Virus record (IMG/VR): IMGVR_UViG_3300034102_002265 | Span: 1 to 64,000 of that record | Strand: one strand, 5' to 3' | DNA length: 64,000 nucleotides | DNA from: a virus | In this document: positions 9,470-18,585 of the stretch, one piece after another | Numbering within the stretch: position 1 is the first letter of the stretch | Layout: the number at the start of each line of letters is the position of its first letter | Made by a program: the position numbers and the translations under genes | The notes under the pieces: model-generated | Database searches by the model: none | Told to the model about the DNA's origin: nothing | The model's input: the letters and a program-made list of their open reading frames with translations, nothing else

Positions 9470-9495
9470 AAAAAAAGAGGGTCCGAAGACCCTCT
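9470..9495 (-). terminator. Rho-independent terminator after gp23
   Basis: AGAGGGTC-TTCG-GACCCTCT plus T6, with a cUUCGg tetraloop typical of T4-like phages. Confidence 0.92.
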
Positions 9496-9515
9496 CGATT
9501 GAGTTGTGAAATGAA

Positions 9516-10910
9516 TCACATGAGGTTAGCAACCTTAACTCTTCTGTAGTAACGGTTTGCATTGAGGCGTAGTCTTCCGAGTCCCTGATCGGTTCCTTCT
9601 GCAAATGGGTTGGCAACAATACCATAACGGGTCTTGAAGCCAATTTTTGGTTGGAAGGTGTCCTGACCGACGGCACGAACCATCTGGAGAGGAACATATG
9701 GGCAGTAGAAGATACCAGCATCATATGCGCTAGAACCCTTATAACCTACAACGTAGTACTGATCAGCAGCAACGTTAGCAGCATATGGGTCAATATAAAC
9801 GCGATACTTACCTTGGAGAACACCAGCGAAGGTGTTACCAGTGTCATCAACGTTGAGGTTAGCGTTGAGTGCAGGGGTGTAATCAAGTACACCAGCCATG
9901 GTTAGAGCGGAAGCAACGTCTGCAGAACAGATGATAGTGTTGCCCTTTCCTCTACGAGTTCTTTGTGCAATTGCGTTTGCATCACGCTCGATTTGGAACA
10001 GAAGACCCTTGAACTTCTCAACTGACCAACGACCGTTGGAGTCAACGTCTAGGTCAAATACACCAGCGGTAGCAGTGTTAACAGCAGCACCTTGCTCAGC
10101 AACCTTATAGATGGTTCTGATAACTTCTCTGTTGATTTCAGCGAGGATCTCAGTGGAGAGAATGTTAGCAAGTTCTGCTTCTGCGTTTAGACCGTGGATA
10201 GCCTTGAGGTCTTGAGCGAGTTCTAGTGAATACTCGGCCTTGAGTGCTCTAGACTTAGCGGTTACGGTAACCTTCTCAATGCTGAATGCCATCTGGTTGA
10301 AGGCATTAGCTGCAGCATCTCCAAGAGCTTCCGAATCACCAGTGGTCATACCCTGACCAACGTTATATGGTGAGGGGTTGGTTGTAGCAGTTCCAACTGG
10401 GTTGAGAACGTTAGGATTGGTTCCATCCTGGTTAGTTGTACCGAAACCAACGAGACCATCGGAGAATCCGTTGGCAAGGTTACGGCTATTGTTCTGACCA
10501 GAGAAGGTGGTATCTACTTCATCGAAGAAGGTCTCAGTACCAGACTGGTTATCGTAGCGGGAACGCATTGCGAAGATGAGTCCAGTAGGACCGCTCATTG
10601 GTTGAACGCCACAGATGTCATAAGCAATGAGGTTAGGCATTGCACGACGAATGAGGCTGATTAGAACTGGATCGAAACCAGCAACTGGACCACCAGCGTT
10701 AGAAAGTCCACCAAAACCGCCAGTACCGGCAGAGTTGGTTGGGGAAGCTTCACCAAGGAACTCTGCAGACTCGCGGAGTTCTCTTTCTTGGTTCTCTAGC
10801 ATTTGAGCTGTTACAGCTCTTCTGTGGGAATCTTTGATGTCGCCTAGACCGTCGAAGTCTAGAACTGGAGCCCACTTCTCCATTAGCATTTGTGAATTAA
10901 TTCCGTCCAT
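9516..10910 (-). CDS. gp23: Major capsid protein gp23
   Basis: EKWAPVL, FDPVLISLIRRAMPNL, VQPMSGPTGLIFAMR, SRALKAEYSLELAQDLKAIHGL, FYCPYVPL, QPKIGFKTRYG. Confidence 0.98.
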   Translation of the reverse strand: MDGINSQMLMEKWAPVLDFDGLGDIKDSHRRAVTAQMLENQERELRESAEFLGEASPTNSAGTGGFGGLSNAGGPVAGFDPVLISLIRRAMPNLIAYDICGVQPMSGPTGLIFAMRSRYDNQSGTETFFDEVDTTFSGQNNSRNLANGFSDGLVGFGTTNQDGTNPNVLNPVGTATTNPSPYNVGQGMTTGDSEALGDAAANAFNQMAFSIEKVTVTAKSRALKAEYSLELAQDLKAIHGLNAEAELANILSTEILAEINREVIRTIYKVAEQGAAVNTATAGVFDLDVDSNGRWSVEKFKGLLFQIERDANAIAQRTRRGKGNTIICSADVASALTMAGVLDYTPALNANLNVDDTGNTFAGVLQGKYRVYIDPYAANVAADQYYVVGYKGSSAYDAGIFYCPYVPLQMVRAVGQDTFQPKIGFKTRYGIVANPFAEGTDQGLGRLRLNANRYYRRVKVANLM

Positions 10911-10970
10911 TTGGTTTTAATACCTCTGTTAAAAGTGTTGTTGAACTGTGGTTTGAGTATTATCTAAAAA

Positions 10971-12155
10971 TCACTTTTTAGCAACGTTGGAAAGCGCACG
11001 TAGATAAGCATCCATAGAAGGTGAGTGATTAACTTCTTGGAAATTAGCTTCTTCAGTTAGACTTTCTGTTTCGTTTGCTGGAATACCAGCGTTTCTTGGG
11101 AAGTATGACTCCCTAAGAGTTACCAGTTTCTGGTAATAGTCAGCTTCACTCTCAAACTCAACACTTTCTACGAGGTTTGCAAGCTTATCCTTTTGGGAAA
11201 GTGCGAGACCCTCTGAAACTTGACCGAAGATTCTGTCAGCGGCAGATTCTGCAAGTTTAGCGTTTAGAACAACATTCTTTTGAATTTGTTCGTTGAGTTT
11301 TGTCTCCATTTCATCAAGTTTTTCTACCATGCTCTCTAGAACATCATATTTTTCTTCAGGCATTGATACATAATGTGCTTCAAAAAGTCCCTTCATACCA
11401 TCGATGAAGGACTCAGTGATCTCAGTCTTGAGACCACCTTCAACTGCTAGAGCATTCTCTTCTAACCATTCGGAAGAAACATACTCAAGGTATGAGTCAA
11501 CTCTTTCGGTTAGTTCTAGTTTAATTTCTTCAATCTCTTCTGCAAGAGCAATAGCATAGTGCTCTTCCATGACAGATTGAATTTCTTTTGTCTTAGCGTG
11601 AAGAGCGGATTCAAATACCAACTTTGCCTTTTCTCTGAATTCCTCAGAGAGCTCTTCTTCGCCAGAGAGGAGAGCATTTACGTCCTCATCAATGATGGAA
11701 TCTACGTCTTCTTCTACAACCTCTTCCTCTTCCTCTTCAGCATCAACCTCTTCGTCTTCGACTTCTACTAACTCTTCATCTTCTTCCACTTCTTCCTTCA
11801 TTCCACCACCTTGTCCAGGTGTTGAAACTGGAGTTGCGGAAGTAGCAGGAGCATCAGCTGCAGAAGCTTTAGCGTTTACAACATCCTTAACTTGCTTAAG
11901 GGTTGCACCTGGGGTTTTAAACGCATTAGAATTGTCGTCTGGACGACTATTTTCTGGAGTTGGGCCTCCTAGATCTTCCCATGCACCAGTTTGACCTGGA
12001 GTTGCAACTGGAGTTGCACTTTTTTCTGGGGAAGCCGGTGCAGATGCATTAGCATTTACAGCGGTTTTGGATTGTGAAGTGCCGCTTCCTGCGCCACCAC
12101 CCTGACCGGGGGTAGCAACAGATTCCATTTCTTGTAAATTCTTACCACGGGACAT
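10971..12155 (-). CDS. gp22: Prohead core scaffold protein gp22
   Basis: LSEEFREKAKLVFESA, VDSYLEYV, MDAYLRAL; acidic; between gp21 and gp23. Confidence 0.92.
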   Translation of the reverse strand: MSRGKNLQEMESVATPGQGGGAGSGTSQSKTAVNANASAPASPEKSATPVATPGQTGAWEDLGGPTPENSRPDDNSNAFKTPGATLKQVKDVVNAKASAADAPATSATPVSTPGQGGGMKEEVEEDEELVEVEDEEVDAEEEEEEVVEEDVDSIIDEDVNALLSGEEELSEEFREKAKLVFESALHAKTKEIQSVMEEHYAIALAEEIEEIKLELTERVDSYLEYVSSEWLEENALAVEGGLKTEITESFIDGMKGLFEAHYVSMPEEKYDVLESMVEKLDEMETKLNEQIQKNVVLNAKLAESAADRIFGQVSEGLALSQKDKLANLVESVEFESEADYYQKLVTLRESYFPRNAGIPANETESLTEEANFQEVNHSPSMDAYLRALSNVAKK

Positions 12156-12190
12156 TTGTACTCTCCGATTACCTTAGTATAATCTGTATT

Positions 12191-12198
12191 TATTTATA
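12191..12198 (-). promoter_or_regulatory. Late promoter TATAAATA for gp22
   Basis: Exact consensus, with an overlapping second ATAAATA. Confidence 0.8.
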
Positions 12199-12200
12199 AA

Positions 12201-12851
12201 TTAAAGATTTGATAAAAACTCATTGAATAGATTTAACTTCTGTTCATCTAGTTTTCTTTGATCAATAAGTGTATTAATTCTTCTTTGAGTCTTAGAAGCA
12301 AGTTGTTCACGAAGAATACCTCCTTCCCAAACCCACTCCTTACCTTCCATGATTCCCGAAACAAATGCATCAGGAGCAGAAGGATCGGCAACGATGTCAG
12401 CAGCAGTTGCCAACATAAAATCTTCACCAACAATTTTGTGACCTTCATTGGTCATTTTCAATGAACCAACACCACGAGAAGAAACGCCAAGCATTACACC
12501 TTCATCTAAGAGTGAAGATGCAATTTTTCCCATTGGAGTATTGAGAATTTGGGCTTTACCAATAAAATTGTTACCTTCTTGAGCCAAAGAAGTAATTTTA
12601 TGTGAAACCCGATCAAGGTTTACTGTTGGTCCATCAGGATGACCGAGTTCACCTAAAGCGCGTCCCTTGGATACAAATTGTTCATTGTATCTGCTTACTT
12701 CACGAGAAAGAGTAGTAATGGGATACATTCTACCATTTCTATTTTTAATTTCACCTTGAAGGAATACGCCTTCAATATAAAGTTTCTTATCAGCGCCTTT
12801 TCCTTCGCTGATAATTTTTACATTCGTTACTTCTTCGGTAATTAGTTTCAT
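12201..12851 (-). CDS. gp21: Prohead protease gp21
   Basis: MKLITE, NRNGRMY, ALGELGHP, GVSSRGVGSL, ADIVADPSAPDAF. Confidence 0.96.
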   Translation of the reverse strand: MKLITEEVTNVKIISEGKGADKKLYIEGVFLQGEIKNRNGRMYPITTLSREVSRYNEQFVSKGRALGELGHPDGPTVNLDRVSHKITSLAQEGNNFIGKAQILNTPMGKIASSLLDEGVMLGVSSRGVGSLKMTNEGHKIVGEDFMLATAADIVADPSAPDAFVSGIMEGKEWVWEGGILREQLASKTQRRINTLIDQRKLDEQKLNLFNEFLSNL

Positions 12852-12856
12852 CGTTC

Positions 12857-13126
12857 TTAGTTGGTAAGTCCTACTTTAGCCGCTTTCACAGATGCAGAAG
12901 ATGCAAAAATTACATCCGTTGATGATTTCTGGAGAAATTCAACAGTGCCATCGGGCATTGTAAATGTACTAGTAGTTGCAGCTCCAACAGAAGTTGAAAT
13001 ACTAACTGTTGCTGCAGCTCCAGAACCATTGTATAATCTTACGCAAGTTGCTTCACTAATACTTGAAGCTGCACCTGCAGTTGTTGGCATTGCAACTTCT
13101 GTTGCAATTATTTTTGTTCTTTGCAT
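12857..13126 (-). CDS. Small Ala/Ser/Thr-rich beta-strand protein, probable virion component
   Basis: Clean ORF in the head cluster with its own ATAAATA at 13152-13158. Confidence 0.7.
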   Translation of the reverse strand: MQRTKIIATEVAMPTTAGAASSISEATCVRLYNGSGAAATVSISTSVGAATTSTFTMPDGTVEFLQKSSTDVIFASSASVKAAKVGLTN

Positions 13127-13157
13127 CGTTATAATAAAGTTCTATAATAGTTATTTA

Positions 13158-13364
13158 TTATTCTGCATCTTCTTCAGACTCTTCCTCGTAGTTTTCTACT
13201 CCTACTTCCGATTCGACTTCTTCTCCACCAAATAGTGAAGCAGCTACAACTGGTCGAATAATGTCAATATTTTCTGCAGATTTCTGCATCAAAATTTCTT
13301 TGATTTTGTCGCTTATATCTGCTGGCGATTGATTAGTCACCATCATATCAATGAGGTCATCCAT
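13158..13364 (-). CDS. Small acidic protein at the gp67/68 position (possible prohead core component)
   Basis: 68 aa with Glu-rich tail, directly after gp20; ATAAATA at 13394-13400. Confidence 0.65.
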   Translation of the reverse strand: MDDLIDMMVTNQSPADISDKIKEILMQKSAENIDIIRPVVAASLFGGEEVESEVGVENYEEESEEDAE

Positions 13365-13399
13365 AGCTTTAAATTCAGTGTTTACTTAAAAATTATTTA

Positions 13400-15112
13400 T
13401 CAGATTCTGCCACCCTTTGGCATTGTGGCTTTTGGAGCTTCTTCAGTTGGCGGCATTTCAACAGATCCAGTTGAAGCTTCTGGATTCATTGGAACTTCTC
13501 CCATTGCAGATTGATCAACAGGGGGTTCTTGTCCAACTGGTAGTCCGGTATTTGGATCCATTGGTGGTGGAATGATTCCAGCTGCTTGTTCCGATCCAAT
13601 CTGTTCATCGATGTCTACAATTTCCCTATCAGTTTGTTTGAGAATATTTCTCCTCACATAGTCAACTGAGAAATACTTACCAATATAAGGTTCAGCAGCA
13701 ACAAGAACGTTTAATCTATTTTGAATAAGTTCCGCTTCTTTAAGTTCAGCAAAATGATTATCATAAACAAAATCAAACTGAATGTGATCTGAAAGAATCT
13801 TCCAGTCTTCTGGTGTTACTATATTTTTTAAAATAAGTTGAGTTTTCAACATATCCATAAAAAGATGAGAAAATCTTTTTCTCATTCTGCCGACAAACTT
13901 TGTAAATTTAATTTCATCTCTTAAAATTTCTGAAGATCTTCCGAGATTAAATCCACCACCTCCACCCAAACGTGACTCTGGAACTCCAAGTGCTCTATAG
14001 AGTTTTTTCTGGAAATATTCAATGTCAGCAAGTTCTCCAAGATTTTGCCCGCCTGGGAGTGTAGTGATCTCAGTTCCCCTACCACCTTCACGACGAGGCA
14101 ACCAGAAGTCCTCAAGCATTGACATCATTCTTTTATCATCACGAATCTCCCCAGTATTTGCATCATAAACTAACTTATTACGATACCGAGTCATTACATC
14201 TCGTAAGTATTGTTCAGCTTTAATCTTTGGGAGGTTGCCTACATCAATGTAGAAAATTCTTCTTTCTGGGGCACGAGATAAACGATAGATAACCAGGGAA
14301 TCCTCAATCATTCGTAGTTGATTGAGGGCTTTGATTGCTTTGTGTAGATATGAAAGTACAACCTGTTTATTTCGGTCTACTAAACCAGAGTGTACATATG
14401 TAATTGAATCTTTAGAAATTCTTGCAGTTCCACCAATTGCGTTCTTAAAGTTGCTAGTTGATTGACCTGCACCAGTTCCTCTGATATTTGGGTCATACTC
14501 ATAAAACTCTTCAACTTCTGGAGTTTCCATATTTCCATTTGCAGCCCTTCCATCAGTGACTGAAAAGGATGGATTCAATACATGTTTACCATTTTTCTTA
14601 ATTTTCCTCACCAGTTTAATTTTCATGGGATCAATATATCTTATTTCTTTGATCCCTTCTTCTGGTTTCTGTAAATCAATGACTTTATGATAATACACTC
14701 TACCATCAACATACCAATTCCTTAAAATTTCATGACATCTTTTATCGAAGTCTAAAATTTCTTTGATATACTTAAACTCATCTCTGATAATTGATTTCAA
14801 CTTATCTGAAGCCGGAACATTTTGCAAATCAATTTGAACAGGAGAATCATTTTGATCAGATACGATTGCTTCATTGATAATATCTTCGATGGCTCCATCA
14901 ACCTCTGGGTGAATAGCCATCTCACGATATCTTTTAATTAGATCATATTCGGATTTATATACACCTTCAATATCAACATATTGTCCATAAAATCCACTAG
15001 ACACATAAAAGTCCGAAGAATCTTCTTGATTCTCCGGAACAGGAGAGACGATAGATTTTTTTGATCTATCGTCCTCCGAATCTTGGATTTTAAAACCAAA
15101 TAATTTAGGCAT
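13400..15112 (-). CDS. gp20: Portal vertex protein gp20
   Basis: WYVDGR, NQLRMIEDSLVIYRLSRAPERRIFYIDVGNLPK, EDFWLPRREGGRGTEI. Confidence 0.98.
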   Translation of the reverse strand: MPKLFGFKIQDSEDDRSKKSIVSPVPENQEDSSDFYVSSGFYGQYVDIEGVYKSEYDLIKRYREMAIHPEVDGAIEDIINEAIVSDQNDSPVQIDLQNVPASDKLKSIIRDEFKYIKEILDFDKRCHEILRNWYVDGRVYYHKVIDLQKPEEGIKEIRYIDPMKIKLVRKIKKNGKHVLNPSFSVTDGRAANGNMETPEVEEFYEYDPNIRGTGAGQSTSNFKNAIGGTARISKDSITYVHSGLVDRNKQVVLSYLHKAIKALNQLRMIEDSLVIYRLSRAPERRIFYIDVGNLPKIKAEQYLRDVMTRYRNKLVYDANTGEIRDDKRMMSMLEDFWLPRREGGRGTEITTLPGGQNLGELADIEYFQKKLYRALGVPESRLGGGGGFNLGRSSEILRDEIKFTKFVGRMRKRFSHLFMDMLKTQLILKNIVTPEDWKILSDHIQFDFVYDNHFAELKEAELIQNRLNVLVAAEPYIGKYFSVDYVRRNILKQTDREIVDIDEQIGSEQAAGIIPPPMDPNTGLPVGQEPPVDQSAMGEVPMNPEASTGSVEMPPTEEAPKATMPKGGRI

Positions 15113-15138
15113 TATTCAAATATTAACTCTATTTGTAC

Positions 15139-15146
15139 TATTTATA
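15139..15146 (-). promoter_or_regulatory. Late promoter TATAAATA for gp20
   Basis: Exact consensus overlapping the gp19 stop. Confidence 0.78.
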
Positions 15147-15834
15147 GAGGGTTCAGAACTTGGGGATCAGTACCCAATTGTGTTGTACCAGTAGAATCCA
15201 GTGCATCCCACCACTGTACCTGTAGATCTACGGTAAATTCTTCAATGGAATCTGAAGAATCATAGGATAGATCAATAGCACTAACCGCAGTTGGGAATAT
15301 TCCATAAAACTTATATGCTTTTAAAACTGGAATTGCATCCCCAGCTCTAGCGGTAACAGGAGAAATAACATTAGATTGAGCGGATGAAACTGAAGTTCTA
15401 CCAAATTGTTTTACAATAGCGTCTCTCTGATATTGAGCTGGATTAATCAATCCAGTGTTATCATCGTGTTTGTTAATCGCATTCATCCACTTTTCAAAAG
15501 CTGTTCTGATTGAAAAATCAACATCGTTAATGATTGTGATTGTCCAAACATCGAAAGTTCTATCTCCTGCAATTTTTAAAGTTCTTCCTCTAAAAGGAAC
15601 TTCAATAACACCAACATTTGATGCAGGTAGATTTGCGGATTTAATCATAAATCTAGAAAGCTCACTTACAGTTCTAGTTTGATCTGTATTTGCATTTGTA
15701 TTTGCTTCAGTTGCAAATGATGGGAAATTTAACTCAACTTCGAAAAGATTTGGACGAGCTGCTCCACCAATTAACCTTGCTTTAAAGTCTTCTAAAGTTC
15801 TGGAGCCGAAACTTGGGGTATTTGAAAATGCCAT
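15142..15834 (-). CDS. gp19: Tail tube protein gp19
   Basis: GGAARPNLFEV, VPFRGRTLKIAGDRTF, FPTAVSAIDLSYD, IEEFTV. Confidence 0.95.
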   Translation of the reverse strand: MAFSNTPSFGSRTLEDFKARLIGGAARPNLFEVELNFPSFATEANTNANTDQTRTVSELSRFMIKSANLPASNVGVIEVPFRGRTLKIAGDRTFDVWTITIINDVDFSIRTAFEKWMNAINKHDDNTGLINPAQYQRDAIVKQFGRTSVSSAQSNVISPVTARAGDAIPVLKAYKFYGIFPTAVSAIDLSYDSSDSIEEFTVDLQVQWWDALDSTGTTQLGTDPQVLNPL

Positions 15835-15869
15835 TTTTTTACCTCTGTAGGGATTGATGTTTTAAAAAA

Positions 15870-18269
15870 TTAAACGGTTCCAACAACCTCTTCAAAACTA
15901 ATACCAGTTCTGTTAGCGACAAAAGTAAGACCAATAAAGTTAATTGATCTTGCAGGTTTGATGAAAATGTCAGCCCTAAATTGATTTGCGTCAATTACAT
16001 CTGGAGTATTGTTTGATTCATCACAAACAACTAGGAAGTCTGTAATTCCTCTCTTTGACTTAACATCACGAAGATATGGTTCAACAATGTTTACAAAATT
16101 TGTTCTGGTGATAACATCATTGAACTCAAAGAGTTGAGCTCTTGCAGCTCTAGAGATCGTATCCTCAACCGTCAAGAACAAACGACGAACATTGATTCTA
16201 TCAAAAGCACTAGCGTTAGATAGTCCAGTCTTATCACCGAAAAGAATTATTCCAGCGCCTGGTGAGAATACTACAGGGTTGATTCTCTTAGGATATAGTA
16301 AATCTCTTTGTGCTTGGGATGGATTGAAAGCGAGTTTAATCGCGTTATTAATAACACCTCTTGAAGATCCAGCAGGGGAGAACCAAGGGTAGTTATTAAT
16401 AGATGTTCTTGCCATTAATCCAGCCACATCACCATTCAATGGAACGTATCTAAACTCATTATTAAATCTATCATACATGTACTTGTATCCAGTATCAAAT
16501 ACTGCATATGATGAAGAACTTATAGCATCAAAGAATTTAATGACGTTATCTGTTTGTAAATCACTATTTGTTACATTGACAACTCCAGACTTTCTTGCAG
16601 AAATACATGCAATGCAGTCTTTTCTATTTTCAGCAATATCAATCAATCTATTTGCTTTTGCTTGGGCATCGAATAAACTATCTCCACTATCAGGACCTGC
16701 AATTAGGAAATTAATATCATATTCTACGGGATTTCTGAAGACTTCATATGAAGTTAGAATATCACCCAACGTGGCTGCCATTCCTCCACTAGCGGAAGAA
16801 TAATCGTATCCATTTGATAATGAATATGATTTATTTCCATAACATCCAAAATTAACTCCAGAAGCTTGTTGGCCAGAAGCTATTGTTCCACCACTAGCTT
16901 GGAGATAACCATTAATTGTAGTAAACTTAACTCCAGTAACTGAATCGCTAGAACCAGCAAAAACGTATGAAGATACATTAGAGAGGTAATTCTTTATGTA
17001 AATATTTTCAGAAGGAGAAATCTTCCCGTCAGTAGCTTTTGATAGATTAGTATATTTTTCTAGAATATTACCAGATGTACCAGTTATTGAACCACTTTCA
17101 TCTACAACAACAACGTGAATTTCATCGTTTTTTCCACCTCTTTCCTTAGAATATTGAGATGTTCCTGGTTTTGGTGCAATAGATTTCCAGTAAACGGTAG
17201 AATTTGATAATCCTAAAGTCTGTTGATCATACCAATCAACAGAAACATTAGTGGAATTGAGGAATAATCCTTCACCATATCCCAATGTCCCATCAGTAAC
17301 ATTTCTTGTATATCTTACTACCAAAGTAGTTGATGCATATGATACTGGAGATGCAGAGTCAATTAAAATTGTGCCTGTACTAATAGCGACAACTCTCGCG
17401 GATAAAGCTCCATTTTCACTTTGAATTAAATCCCCAACATTAACCAATCCTTCAGGAATGAGAGTTGGTGGATATGTAATTGTTGTGGATCCAATCCCAA
17501 TAGTTGTATTACCTGGGAATCTAAACTTTTCTATTGAAGTAGCAGTTCCAACATTATTAAAAATTTGATAATAGTTTCCAGGACCATCTGGGAATCTGTT
17601 TAGTCCGGATGCTGTATAAGAAATTTCTGTAGCAAGTCCAGTAAAGTTATTGTGAAGACTTACGACCTTAACATCAATGCTACCTACGTTTACTCTAGTA
17701 ATAATTCCTTTGACATAACCATCAAAAGTTTCAACAGTTCCAGCAGAAGTAGCATAACTGGTTCCGATTGAACAAGTAATAGCAAATCCTGCAGAAACAC
17801 CAAAAGTTCCAATAGCTATTCTCTGATCCGCTAAAGCATCAATAACACAAACTTTTAGTCCATTAGCCCAAGATCCTGGATTTTTAGCTGCGAAAATCCA
17901 ATCACTATCTGTGGCATGATTATTAATAAAATCTTCTTGACTGGCAATCTTTAGATTAACAGAAGTGGATACAGGATAATTTGCATTCAGTAAATTATCA
18001 GAATCCGTTCTAACTACCCGTAAAGTTCCTCCATATGAAAGATACGATGAAGCAGTTAACCAGTATTCAAACTGACTATCTGAATTTGATGGCTTACCGA
18101 AGGTGTTTAATAAATCTTGTTCGGTATCAATGAGAACTGGTTCGCCTACTGGACCCTTCACAAAAGGACCAGCAAAAGCACCTACTTGATCGTTTACTGC
18201 ATCAATTCTACCTACAGTAAGATCAATTTCTCGAACTTTTATGCCAGGTGATACTAAGTTTAGCGACAT
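15870..18269 (-). CDS. gp18: Tail sheath protein gp18
   Basis: LVSPGIKVREIDLT, PWFSPAG, SAFDRINVRRLF, IFIKPARSINFI; likely start MSLNL. Confidence 0.96.
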   Translation of the reverse strand: MSLNLVSPGIKVREIDLTVGRIDAVNDQVGAFAGPFVKGPVGEPVLIDTEQDLLNTFGKPSNSDSQFEYWLTASSYLSYGGTLRVVRTDSDNLLNANYPVSTSVNLKIASQEDFINNHATDSDWIFAAKNPGSWANGLKVCVIDALADQRIAIGTFGVSAGFAITCSIGTSYATSAGTVETFDGYVKGIITRVNVGSIDVKVVSLHNNFTGLATEISYTASGLNRFPDGPGNYYQIFNNVGTATSIEKFRFPGNTTIGIGSTTITYPPTLIPEGLVNVGDLIQSENGALSARVVAISTGTILIDSASPVSYASTTLVVRYTRNVTDGTLGYGEGLFLNSTNVSVDWYDQQTLGLSNSTVYWKSIAPKPGTSQYSKERGGKNDEIHVVVVDESGSITGTSGNILEKYTNLSKATDGKISPSENIYIKNYLSNVSSYVFAGSSDSVTGVKFTTINGYLQASGGTIASGQQASGVNFGCYGNKSYSLSNGYDYSSASGGMAATLGDILTSYEVFRNPVEYDINFLIAGPDSGDSLFDAQAKANRLIDIAENRKDCIACISARKSGVVNVTNSDLQTDNVIKFFDAISSSSYAVFDTGYKYMYDRFNNEFRYVPLNGDVAGLMARTSINNYPWFSPAGSSRGVINNAIKLAFNPSQAQRDLLYPKRINPVVFSPGAGIILFGDKTGLSNASAFDRINVRRLFLTVEDTISRAARAQLFEFNDVITRTNFVNIVEPYLRDVKSKRGITDFLVVCDESNNTPDVIDANQFRADIFIKPARSINFIGLTFVANRTGISFEEVVGTV

Positions 18270-18305
18270 GTCTTTCCCTCTGAAGAAGTTCAACTTAACT
18301 ACAAA

Positions 18306-18312
18306 TATTTAT
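18306..18312 (-). promoter_or_regulatory. Late promoter for gp18
   Basis: TAATAAATA upstream of gp18. Confidence 0.65.
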
Positions 18313-18351
18313 TATTTGCTAACTTTATATTGGGGAAATCGCCAATGAACA

Positions 18352-18585
18352 CTACCAATCGGGATATTGCCAGTATAAATTGGTTGACTTTTGTTTTCTA
18401 TTACTAATAATTCTATGTTTAGTACACTCTTTGCATTCATATGAATACGCAGAAGGCAAGTGACCTCTATCACTACGAGTCAAATAAAATCCATCTATAA
18501 GATCTTTAATTTCCCCACAAACTCTACATTTCCTTTCAGTTAAAAATAAATGTTCTAATTCAAATTGATCATCAATATCCATCAT
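18352..18585 (-). CDS. Small zinc-finger protein (CxxC...CxxC)
   Basis: RKCRVCG...YECKEC; ATGA overlap with the gp17 stop. Confidence 0.75.
   Translation of the reverse strand: MMDIDDQFELEHLFLTERKCRVCGEIKDLIDGFYLTRSDRGHLPSAYSYECKECTKHRIISNRKQKSTNLYWQYPDW

Noticed and set aside
9428-9724. 98-aa minus-strand ORF overlapping the gp23 3' end
   Set aside because: It is an alternate frame that crosses a strong terminator and has no recognisable features
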